This document shows, one piece after another, positions 38,641-49,070 of a DNA stretch of 64,000 nt. The DNA is taken from NCBI GenBank assembly GCA_024704765.1, contig JAKMXF010000331.1, positions 29,053-93,052 of the forward strand, in the 5' to 3' direction. The translations under genes and the position numbers were made by a program. Each line of letters opens with the position of its first letter. The stretch's first letter is position 1. The notes beneath the pieces are model-generated. The model worked only from the letters and a program-made list of their open reading frames with translations, was not told the DNA's origin and did no database searches. The stretch is from Oopsacas minuta (Eukaryota; Animalia; Porifera).

Positions 38641-41129
38641 CACAGCCCTGCGGGAAAAAAATTTAATTTGCTGATTGTTACTGCAAAACATTTTCTAATC
38701 CACATTTTAATACTGATTTGAATAATTTGTAAAATATACGTATCACGTATAGTTTTTTTGCAAAATTATGTTTAAATATTGGTATATTTATCGATGAATG
38801 CATGATACCTCTACAAGTGAAATAGTGAAAATCTGCCATTTATAAATTTTTATTGATAATATAATCTTAGTTAATAAATAATTTGAATATATTAGTCTGA
38901 ACCAGGAGTAAATTTCCGTTTTTTTGACATTATAGCATGAATAACATCAATACAATCTCTCTTGAGGCACCAGCAGTATTCAGCCATCATATGAACGTCC
39001 CACCTCCCCTGATATCGTGTTCCATTGTTTTTATGTCTTGGTGGAATCGTTCACCTTGCTCCTCGGAAACAGCTCCAAGATTCTCTGGAAAATAGTCAAT
39101 ATGACTGTGAAGAAAGTGAACTTTTACACTCATATTGCAGCCGAGATTCTTGTAAGATTCAATCAACTCATTCACAAGTATTTTATAATTAGGAGATTTC
39201 GTATTTCCCAAGAAGTTTTTCATGACATCTACAAATGCATTCCATGCACATTTTTCTTNNNNNNNNNNNNNNNNNNNNNNNNNNNNNNNNNNNNNNNNNN
39301 NNNNNNNNNNNNNNNNNNNNNNNNNNNNNNNNNNNNNNNNNNNNNNNNNNNNNNNNNNNNNNNNNNNNNNNNNNNNNNNNNNNNNNNNNNNNNNNNNNNN
39401 NNNNNNNNNNNNNNNNNNNNNNNNNNNNNNNNNNNNNNNNNNNNNNNNNNNNNNNNNNNNNNNNNNNNNNNNNNNNNNNNNNNNNNNNNNNNNNNNNNNN
39501 NNNNNNNNNNNNNNNNNNNNNNNNNNNNNNNNNNNNNNNNNNNNNNNNNNNNNNNNNNNNNNNNNNNNNNNNNNNNNNNNNNNNNNNNNNNNNNNNNNNN
39601 NNNNNNNNNNNNNNNNNNNNNNNNNNNNNNNNNNNNNNNNNNNNNNNNNNNNNNNNNNNNNNNNNNNNNNNNNNNNNNNNNNNNNNNNNNNNNNNNNNNN
39701 NNNNNNNNNNNNNNNNNNNNNNNNNNNNNNNNNNNNNNNNNNNNNNNNNNNNNNNNNNNNNNNNNNNNNNNNNNNNNNNNNNNNNNNNNNNNNNNNNNNN
39801 NNNNNNNNNNNNNNNNNNNNNNNNNNNNNNNNNNNNNNTAAGTCACCACAGATTACCCAATTGTGCTGGTTATAATTAATTTTATGAAGCACAATTTTCA
39901 TGTTATCATATCGTTCCTTTAAACTTACTGAATGTCCAATTGGTATGGAACTAAATTTGTTGCCATTATGAAGTAGAACACATTTCAAACTTTGTTTTGA
40001 ACTATCAATAAAGAGTCTCCAATCATTAGGTACATACGGACATCCAAGAGCATTAACTAGCGGTGAAACATCATGACAAAACACAAATCCGTCTTCCATT
40101 ATGAAATATTTCAAAAATTCGATCTCTCTGTTCCTATATGAGTAAAATTTTGTTTCTGGGAGAAGCAAGTTTTTTTCTTTTAGCCTAGAACCTAACAACT
40201 CCGCAGATTCTTTAGGTAAATCTAAATCACGTACCAAATCATTTAATTCAGACTGATTAAATAACTGTGGAGAATTAGAACGAGATAATACACACGGAAT
40301 AAAATCCTCATCTTCTCTAATTAATGAATCTCTAGTTTCACAATCATCAATTTCCGAGATAACATCCAAATTAGTAAATTTTGGAACAGGTACATCAATA
40401 GAATGGGGAACGGGTCGTATTGCTGAATGTAAATTTGGATACTTGATCAATGACTTGGTTTTAGCATTGAATCCGGAAATATTCGCCATACAAAAGTAAC
40501 AATCGCTAATGTGATTTTGTGGCTCTCTCCATATCATTGGAATTCCAAAACCTAAACTCTTTCTGATTCCTTTTGTCCATTGTCTCAAATTTTCTATACA
40601 AAATCGGCACACTGTATGTGGAGCCCATGTTTTGTCTTGATCACCTAATCTCATTCCAAAATATTCTAAATATGCTTTTTTAACAAATCCTGTTATTGCC
40701 GTAGTTTGTTTAGAAGTCATAAAACTCCCACAAATATAACAAAAGACGTCTGGATCATTACTGCACCTTCTCCGATAAGCCATATGATAATAAAATATCA
40801 AAATAGTAGACTATAGTACAATAAAGCTGTATATAACAAAAATAAAAATAAAACAAATTATGTAGAAAAGAATGGAGTTAAAGGGACTAATTAGAAAATG
40901 CAATAAAGCACGCATCTGTTTATTTCAAAAGACAAAAATTCACACATGTATCAAATATAATCATTTATTCTAGGGAAGTGTACTTAAAAAAATCGACTTA
41001 CATTAAAATGACATTGAGTAAAAACGAGACGTGATAGGGGAATTCTGATGACAGATTGAGAATCAGCATACTCAAGTTAACTAAAAACAACCCATGGATA
41101 ATAATCAGCAAATTTGACGCAGGGCAGTG
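38641..41129 (-). mobile_element. Chapaev3-type (CMC) DNA transposon
   Basis: CAC(A/T)GCCCTGCG termini; 3-bp TSD TTA (38638-38640, 41130-41132); transposase ORF inside. Confidence 0.8.
38987..40801 (-). CDS. Chapaev3-type transposase (~600 aa; 580-N gap; probable 1-bp frameshift near the C-terminus)
   Basis: FCYICG, WAPH.VC..C, WREP.NH..DCYFC, WRLFIDSSK.SLK.VLLHNGN, K.HFLHSH.D.FP.NLG.VSEEQGERFHQDI; the usual RYQGRW..MM..YCW tail is in another frame from ~39020. Confidence 0.8.
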   Translation of the reverse strand: MIFYYHMAYRRRCSNDPDVFCYICGSFMTSKQTTAITGFVKKAYLEYFGMRLGDQDKTWAPHTVCRFCIENLRQWTKGIRKSLGFGIPMIWREPQNHISDCYFCMANISGFNAKTKSLIKYPNLHSAIRPVPHSIDVPVPKFTNLDVISEIDDCETRDSLIREDEDFIPCVLSRSNSPQLFNQSELNDLVRDLDLPKESAELLGSRLKEKNLLLPETKFYSYRNREIEFLKYFIMEDGFVFCHDVSPLVNALGCPYVPNDWRLFIDSSKQSLKCVLLHNGNKFSSIPIGHSVSLKERYDNMKIVLHKINYNQHNWVICGDLXXXXXXXXXXXXXXXXXXXXXXXXXXXXXXXXXXXXXXXXXXXXXXXXXXXXXXXXXXXXXXXXXXXXXXXXXXXXXXXXXXXXXXXXXXXXXXXXXXXXXXXXXXXXXXXXXXXXXXXXXXXXXXXXXXXXXXXXXXXXXXXXXXXXXXXXXXXXXXXXXXXXXXXXXXXXXXXXXXXXXXXXXXXXXXXXXXEKCAWNAFVDVMKNFLGNTKSPNYKILVNELIESYKNLGCNMSVKVHFLHSHIDYFPENLGAVSEEQGERFHQDIKTMEHDIRGGGTFI

Positions 41130-41910
41130 TTATTGTTTAATACGAAGTAAATTAAGGATGATATAAGCAACGTATTGGTTTACCTCAAGTATCTGCGGAG
41201 TAGAATTGAGTGGTTTGAACATTTTAATATCAAATTCATATCTATGGACTGGCTGTTTTACGATAAAGCAGCGTAGACCAAAAATAGCATAATATTTTGT
41301 CATAAAGTTAATTGAAAAATTCGAGAACTAGACATGCCTCGAAAAGTTGTACGTTTTATGATGGAAAGCCTTGAAGTTCAAATTATGATTAACAAAGGAT
41401 TTAATGCTGAAAATGTGATTAGATGTGTGTAACAAAAACAATCTTATTGATATCAAAAGTCGGGGGATGTGTAAACTTTGGATGAATAGTCACGATCATA
41501 ACGAAGGCAAGAGATAATGCCAAATTCTCTTCACTGATAGTAAGTATAAATGCAGTCATTCAACAGGAACTCTTCTCGAATAGCTAATGACATCAAACAA
41601 CCACATGCTCCGACAATCGCCACCCAAAACACACCTTCCAACACTCTACATACATACCATGCACACTCGAGTTTTTATATATGCAATACTGGTATTTAAT
41701 TAATTTTCGCAAAATGTCTTCGGCATAAGGTTCTTCGGCAAGGTGGGCGGACACGATGCAAAATCCATATAGTATAAAAATGTACGTAAGGCAAGATGCT
41801 AGAACAAAATAACAAAATCATGGGTACTTAAGATTAATCAATGAAATTCTTAAAAACTACACAAAAATAAACAATTTAAAGTCCATAAGCTTACTTATGA
41901 CCATACTCAC

Positions 41911-42366
41911 TTGATACTTTTGCCATATACCTGACACTTCTTCTCCGAGGAGAGTATTACAAGTATGCCACAAAATATCTTGAATATCTGCAGTTTTAGG
42001 TACAATACGCTCAATCTTTGTAACAGAAACGCTAAAAAATAATCGCTCTCTCGCACCTGAATTTAACTGTAGAATAGAAGAATCTGAATTCCAATCCAAA
42101 TGAGTTATAAATGAACTAGCACCTCTACATACACCGATCAATTTGAAATTATTTTGAACAGCATAAATGTCAACAAAATTATCATTGCTTCCGACTGCTA
42201 AAAATTCATCATTAGGAGAAAACATTACAGCTTGAATGCTCTCTTTTCTATGATGAAAAACCGTATGGTCTTTCATAATATCACTGGCCATAACAACAAA
42301 TACGGACCCATCAAGAGTTCCAAAAGCCAAATAAAGTGCTTCTTTGCTATAGCAAACGCTTCTGAT
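41911..42366 (-). CDS. EML6: EML5/EML6-like protein, exon (IRSVCYS...LAVGSND...ITHLDW...GIWQKYQ)
   Basis: WD40 repeats matching EML5/6; acceptor ttttag| at 42367-42368, donor |gtgagt at 41910; 456 bp, phase 0/0. Confidence 0.92.
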
Positions 42367-42736
42367 CTAAAATATTTAAAGCAACTGAAAATGAAACAAA
42401 ATTAGGAATATAGAAAATACAGATGCATACAGGTACTCCCAGCCGTTCGAGGGGGTCACGCTCCTGTAACTACCGTGAACGACAAATTCGCGAACGGCGA
42501 GACTAAAGCTTAATTAAAATAGTGAGGTTACGTTCCTAGATTTCAAGGCAACACACACACACAGTGCTACCAAACACAATCAAAATCAAGAGTTTGAATT
42601 CTTGGCCCTTGGGCAAAGAATGGAAATCTTCTTTTTTGAAAATATCTTTTAGTCTTAAGACATACAAAAACTACAATGCTTGAAGTAGTGAGTACAAAAT
42701 AATTATAAAGCTAATGGGGAAAACATAAACTCAATA

Positions 42737-45458
42737 CAGGTAAACCTCCCAAAGCGACACCTCCGAATAGCGCCAGCCTCTGAGAAGCGGCACAATCTCA
42801 TTCCACCGATTGATTTCCTATACTAATAGTACTTGCTGAACCTCTGAATAACGCACCTCCGAGTAACGACAATATAAAACAATCTTTCAACATACATACC
42901 ATTCTTTAAAACGTTTCATATAAGCAGTTAAAGCATATACATTTATAATCGATCATCTATATTACATGATTGCAGGAAATTAAGTTATTAGAGGATCCCG
43001 TCTGAAGGAATGGCAACCACTATTTCCTTCATTTTATCTATATAAATCTTGGTCCATATAGATAATAGACACATGGAATTTCAAGGCCAAAACCTGCTCC
43101 TCGGTTTATTGGTCTAGATTTAACATCAGCAAAAGCTTTGTTCACGTCTCTCTTTAAAAATTGTGAAATTATTGGTGCAAGATTATAAAAAAACATACCC
43201 TACCACCAGGCCGTCTTTCATAACTGAAACTGCAACTTATCTTTAATATTTTCTGACTCCCTGATTAAGTTTAAACGTTCTCCTTCCTCTGGAGTCCAAA
43301 TATCCATATAAGCATGGTAACCTCTCACAAATGATTTCAATCAGTTGTGGACCTCCTGGGAAAATCTTTTTCGAGCATGCAAGAGTGTACCATTCATATA
43401 ACAATCCATTGATTTCAGTATATTTTGATATGCGTTCCATCTTACCAGTGAGCGCTCGGCTTCCTGGAACATTTTTCAGATACAAGGACATGATAGAATC
43501 CTTATTCCTCAGTAATTTAGATATTTGTGTTCTTCCACATCCGAAAATCTCCTCTAAGGCTGCCATTTTAATTCCAGGATTCTTTTCACGTGTCTTGATT
43601 AGATCCACTCTCATTTGTAGCGTTACATATTTTTTCTTTTTGTTTGAGGTTTATGCCATTCAAAAGTAAAAAAATGCTAAGACAAAATCAATATTGTATA
43701 ATTATACAAGTCAACACGGTATAGTAATCAAAACGTTAGAAGAATGACATGATTGTTAGGAATTTCATGGTCATTTAACATATAGATGGAATTACAATGT
43801 TTCCAAGTATAATACAGGTATTTTAGGAGGCACAATTCATATCAATAATACAATAATGCTAGCTATGGCAACAAATTCATGTACTTTTAAGTTGGAAATG
43901 TTAGAAATCAAATGGAAACGCAGATCGCTGCACGCCTCGGGGAGCATAATTTCTAAGCGAGTAATGGCTGATTAGAGAAATGGAAAAAACGATATAACAT
44001 GAAAGAATTAAAAGTCTGTGGGGAATCCGCTGATGTAGCTGGAACGACGATTGACTCTTGGAAGGAGAGGCTCCAGAAATTGTGCACGGGTATAGAAAAG
44101 AAGATACCTGGAATCTAGACGAAACCGTTTTTTTCTGGCAGGCTTTGCCTGATCGTCGATTCATAGAGAAACGAAAATGATTTGCAGGAGATAAAAAAGG
44201 CAAGCAGAGACTGACAGTGGCTCTGATAATCTCAGCTGCTGGTGAAAAAGAAACACCTGTGTTCATTTGGAAGTCTAAAATCCAAGATGCTTCGGAAAGA
44301 TGGATTAAAGTATGTTACCTGTTATATATTTTGATCAAAAGAAAGCTTGGATGACTGCTGATATCCTAAGAACTATTCTTACTCGATTAAATTAAAGATT
44401 GATTCACGAATCTCGCTCAGTCTTACTATATTCATGGATAATGCAGGATGCCATCCAGACTCTCTACAAGGAAAATTCACGAATATTACCATTTGCTTCC
44501 TACCAGCTAATACAACATCCAAACTTTAGCCTCTAGATCTTGGAGTAATACAAAATTTCAAAGTTCACTATCGCCGTTTTTTCTATGATATGTTCTTGCC
44601 AAGATTGATGAATGCGACACAACATCTGATGTTCCAAACCAGTGAATGTACCTAGAGCAATCCAATGGGCAGCCAATGCTTGGGACATGGTTAAACCTGA
44701 AACTATCTCTAAATGTTCGAGGAATGCTGGCATTTTGAGTGGTTCCATGGACGTTATTAATCGTGGACTCAACGAAAATGATGACAGCAATGACCCATTT
44801 TTCGAATCAAATCAGCATCTAATAGGACTACAGACTCTTATTGACAAGACCGTTCATGAAGGTTGTAGCGTAGATGAATATATACAATGCGATGGGATCT
44901 ACCAGTGTGTCAAATCTAGATTGTGATTGGGAAGACAATTTTTTGAAAGATATCGGTCAACCTGTGGAAGAAGGTGAGATCACAGATCCTGAAAGTGACC
45001 ATGATGTAGAAATCGTAGAGGATACTGCACTTGTGTTGAAAACATATAAAAAGGTGATAGTGGCCCTGGAAAACGTTCAAAAGTTCTTGGAAGTGCGTGG
45101 CCACGGAGCGGAGGCATCGAGGATTGCTGCCACGATAGAATCATGCGTGAAGTACAAGATCAACGGATTGGGATTGAGCCAATCAACCCTCAGTGATTTT
45201 TTTTAGTATTTATTAGGTCGCCAGTAGTAATCGGTTATAGGAACATCACAAGGAGAGAAAAACCTATTTATAACCAATTTAGATTCCACTAACCGATGTT
45301 GTTATACCCGATTACTACTGTTTAGTATCGATGTATGCTATTCTAGCCTCTGAATAATATATTATGGGTATATATGTGCAACCTCCGAATAGCGGCAACC
45401 TCTGAGAAGCGGCACAGAATCATCCTCCCGTTGGTTGCCCCTTTGAGAGGTTTACCTG
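42737..45458 (+). mobile_element. pogo/Tigger-type transposon (DD32D) with HIRAN-like cargo and an internal inversion
   Basis: TA|CAGGTAAACCTC...GAGGTTTACCTG|TA; CENP-B-like HTH, ASNG.LEKWK, N.DET..FW, MDNAGCH-x-P.D with a 32-residue spacing; the N-terminal part (43338-43659) is on the opposite strand. Confidence 0.88.
42988..43337 (-). pseudogene. HIRAN-like domain ORF (~120 aa) carried by the Tigger element
   Basis: Reconstructed (3 single-base indels): [MLEI]KSFVRGYHAYMDIWTPEEGERLNLIRESENIKDK(F)AVSVMKDGLVVGYV.YNLAPIISQFLKRD...NRGAGFGLEIPCVYYLYGP; the RE..N..D..AV.V...G..VGY pattern is typical of HIRAN domains. Confidence 0.75.
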
Positions 45459-45649
45459 TACATATAAGGGTATTTGAAAACAGTTAGAAAAACGTTTGCT
45501 ATCAAATTGCTGATATGAAGAGGGAATACTGTGAATAGTGAAGGGAGTCGAGAACAACAAAACAAACACATAATATCATCAGCGAATAGTCGAAACCGCG
45601 AACAGTAAACTCCCGAGCTGCGAGGGATACCTGTATCTAGAAAAGTAAT

Positions 45650-48600
45650 ATACCGAAAAAAGAAGAAAAATTCAAAGAGGTGTATGACAAAATATATTTA
45701 CGCAAATTGGATCGTTTATTCGAATGAAACAAAAGAATGATTCTGCACTACCCTCAATTTCTACTAACAACAGAATTGCGTCTGCACAGTGGGCTATTAT
45801 TGCGAATTAGTAGTATAGGGTTTTACGCATTCAATTTTAGAGATAGGCTTATAAAATACATTATTACTGTATAGTAAGTCGACTATTGCAGTTCTTTTGT
45901 TGATTTCAATTTTGTTGTATCACATCAGGTTTTCAATATCTGACGTAATCATAATTACCATATACAGTAATACAGAAATCTAGATATACACTAAACTGAG
46001 ATTTATTAAAAGAAAATAGAATATGAATATAATATGGCCATGGTAACTGAAGAATAACTACATACGAATATCTTACTGATGAATTAATGTTAAATGCAAG
46101 AAGAGTTCATCTATAGAATTTTGAAAGAGAGAATCTTCATCATCAATATTATTAGTCACGTTGTCTGCTTTCCTGTTTTCACAATCCTTTTGATGGCCTA
46201 CTTGACCACAGGTGGAACAAATGATGATCCTTCTGAATTTTTCATTTAGAATTGGATAACCATAGATATAGAGCCTCATTGCAACATCACTTAACCCACT
46301 TAGAAAATCTGATTTCCTGCTCAAATGTGTTGAGACCTCTAGGATCAACTTATGGCCTTGTTCTGACCCTTCTTCAGAAAGACTACACAATCCTCCATGT
46401 CATTTCCCTCAATAAACAAGAACCAATCTAAAATCCTTAGATAAGAATGTAAAGGTGCTGCAGGAAATACATCGATGCCACTTGCAGGTTCGTGTGTAAT
46501 CCCACAAAGTTGCTTTGTATAGTAGCACATCAGCTCTATTTCCATCAGAGGTTAACTAACGGATTGTCTCTTTGATATCCTCTATCGAACAATCTAAAGG
46601 AAACCCGCAAACCACTTTCGTAATGCTATTGATATCACTTCGGGTTGCTTTGCAGGCAATACATGGCGCTCCTCCTTTACCTATCATTATTGCTAAGGTT
46701 TTTCCGTCAAACATTGAAGCTTTGACTGCTACTTTAACATGGCCATGTAGGTGATTAGAACGATTCTAAATTTAGTGAAACAATTTCAGGGTTTGGTAAC
46801 TTGCTCAATTCTATCACAGTGTCAATAGTCTCCTTTTGGCAAATAAGTGCTACTGGTTGGTTGGAAAAACAGGAGTTAGGATGTCTATTTTCCACAGAAC
46901 ATTCCCGAATCGATCTATTACCTGAAGGGATGAAACCATGAAGACAATATAATTTCATCGGTCTATATTCAAGTCTGACAATAACCCAGAGAGGAATGAG
47001 ATCCAGAACAATTCAGTCCATGCTTGATTTTGAGTGTTAATGGATAGAAGTGTGGTGCAGGAAAATTTAGCACACATTCATTTAACAACCGGTCAAAGCG
47101 AGAAATTACATGTGATGAGTAAGATATATAAACCCTTATAGGATTGGAAACATTTGGATACCAGTTGAATGTTGGAACAATTGATTTTCTAATTTCACAA
47201 ATTTTTCTCAAGTAGCCAAAACGAGGCCATCTGATTGGAGATAATATTTAAGATCTCTCCATTTTCCTTTCCCGAGCTTAAGTTGATATGCTCAGAATGT
47301 TGATTTTTCTGGTGAAACTATGTTACTGAGGGTTGGTACCGATTCTTCTTTATGCATTTTCAAAGGGATATTTGCGATGCCGTAAATACCAATTTGTTCT
47401 ACAGCTACAATATACAAGAGGAGTGCAACGTAGCAAATAATAGAAATATTTTCAAGTTGTGCTAACTGACGGATCCAAGTAAGTATCCCAGTCCGATCAG
47501 ACCTTATCTTCTTTGAACCAACTTGAATGTCGTCAATTGATTTTCTCCTCTCTACATTTGGAACCAATATAATACCGCTTTCTACATCACAGCCTGAGAC
47601 AGAAGGAAATGATTGGGTGCTCTTAGGTTTAACAGGGATCCATGAAATACTTGCACTCCACCACTCACCATCTAAGCTCTCAATAGATTTCTTACTCTTT
47701 CGGAAATTATGCGATACTTTAGACTTTAGAGAGTATACAGAATGTCTCTTGTCTTCCTCGAGATTTAGTATACGCACCACTCCATCTGCTGTTTGATTGA
47801 TATCATAGTCGTGAACCTTCAATATGATAGCCAAGTCAAGACGTGTTTTCGGGCTTTCAGATGCTATTGTTGCTTCAGCCAAGTTTAAATTGATAAGTCG
47901 AGATTCAATAGGTTATCAAATTAATGAACTTGTATGCTACCGCGTAATATGCAGTATGTATATATATATAATTATTGCGTTATATTGGTGTAAAAATTAC
48001 CATGTAATTACATTACATTGTACCATAGCAATGTAGATGTGAGAATGGAATTTGACAAAATTTAATGTTACACAATGAAGGGTATTTGTACTTTTAATAT
48101 AATGTTTATATTACTTAACAAGAATACATACTAAAATTCAGGGTGAAAACAGTGGAAACAAATTTTGCTGCCAACAGGATGGCTTATGGCCGAGAGAAAT
48201 TTCTACAAAATTTCACAGTATTGTATACGTAATATCTGATTAATCTTTTCGCTCCTGAAGAAATTCAAAGATAGATTCAAATTCAGCGCGCACACTTTGC
48301 TTGGAAAGCATGTAAATGAACAATAGTATGCATCATAAATTCAACAGATTACTGAAATAGCTTCAGTCATTTATATAATGTATGTATAAACATAGAATAC
48401 AGCAATGAAGTCCTTCATTTGATTGACCACAAAAATAGAAAAACTTAACTGTTTCATCTGATACTTTACATATCGCTTGTTGAATATATCTAGAACCTAA
48501 TTCATAATTCAAAATGGTATAAATTGAAGGTAAGAATTTGGGCCTAATGTACCCTAGTAGCCCACTGTGCATCTGATATACTTCAATTAATTGGATACCC

Positions 48601-49070
48601 ATGGATAATTAAGGCATGGTGCATAAGTTCATTGTGTGTCATTGTGCATAATTGGTAACTAGCTTCTCCAGCACAAGACAAAATAGCAGCCATTTTGCCA
48701 TCTAAATCGATCGGATAATTTCGATATATGCACGTTCATCATTAGGCAGAACAGTTTCTTTATTTTGCATAAGTCAGTATTAGGATAGATCAAATCCGTC
48801 ATAAACGCGAATATTATCCTCATTTTCTCTGGTAGCACACTGAGAAAAATAGGCCTCTGGTGAAAAGAAGAATTAAGGCTGTTGTTTTTCCATAATATCT
48901 TACAGAGCGAGACGTGATTTGAATTGGTTTGAAATAATAAAGTATATACGATTTTGTTTCTGTATTTATGGTTAGTTGTGTTATAATGGATGGCTCCAAA
49001 ACCATCAAACAATCAGCTATCCTGAATATTAATGGAAAGATTCGGTGGGAGGTGAACAATGGCAATCAGT
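45650..49070 (-). pseudogene. Older Transib transposase fragment (48570-49070 plus 45650-45784), split by a younger Transib
   Basis: FDGFG..HYN, LW.N...NS.F.QRPIFL, LDGKMAAILS..G.AS.QLCT, GYPIN.SISDA|ILLLVEI and PICVNIF..TPL in Transib order. Confidence 0.7.
45785..48569 (-). mobile_element. Transib transposon, family 3, internally deleted
   Basis: CACAGTGGGCTA termini; transposase fragments HGLNCSGSHS, SMFDGK...GGAPCIACK, PLHSYL, LSEEGSEQGHK, LSRK and a C-terminal CSTCGQVGH...C; flanks CGTCTG / CATCTG. Confidence 0.85.

Larger units (their letters stand above)
5129..41910 (-). other. 36,782-bp GT-AG intron of the EML5/6-like gene
   Basis: gtgagt donor at 41910 and tag acceptor at 5129; the flanking exons join as contiguous EML5/6 sequence (GIWQKYQ|VLNDINTID), so no exon appears to be missing. 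Confidence 0.85.
42430..45633. mobile_element. ~480-bp pogo/Tigger-type MITE hosting a larger Tigger element
   Basis: TA|CAGGTACTCCC.GCCGTTCG...GCTGCGAGGGATACCTG|TA. Confidence 0.7.

Noticed and set aside
43243-43614. Functional CENP-B-HTH/HIRAN fusion protein created by the inversion
   Set aside because: The HIRAN part is out of frame in this ORF (IICERLPCLY...), and the upstream start has a stop in codon 3.
28896-48569. RAG2-like partner gene or a complete RAG1L-RAG2L transposon
   Set aside because: The elements are only 1.2-2.8 kb and show only Transib-type transposase pieces; no kelch/PHD-like ORF seen. The 501-N gap is too small to hide one.
28896-49070. All orientable Transib elements lie on the host-gene strand
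   Set aside because: With only about three independent insertions this is compatible with chance.
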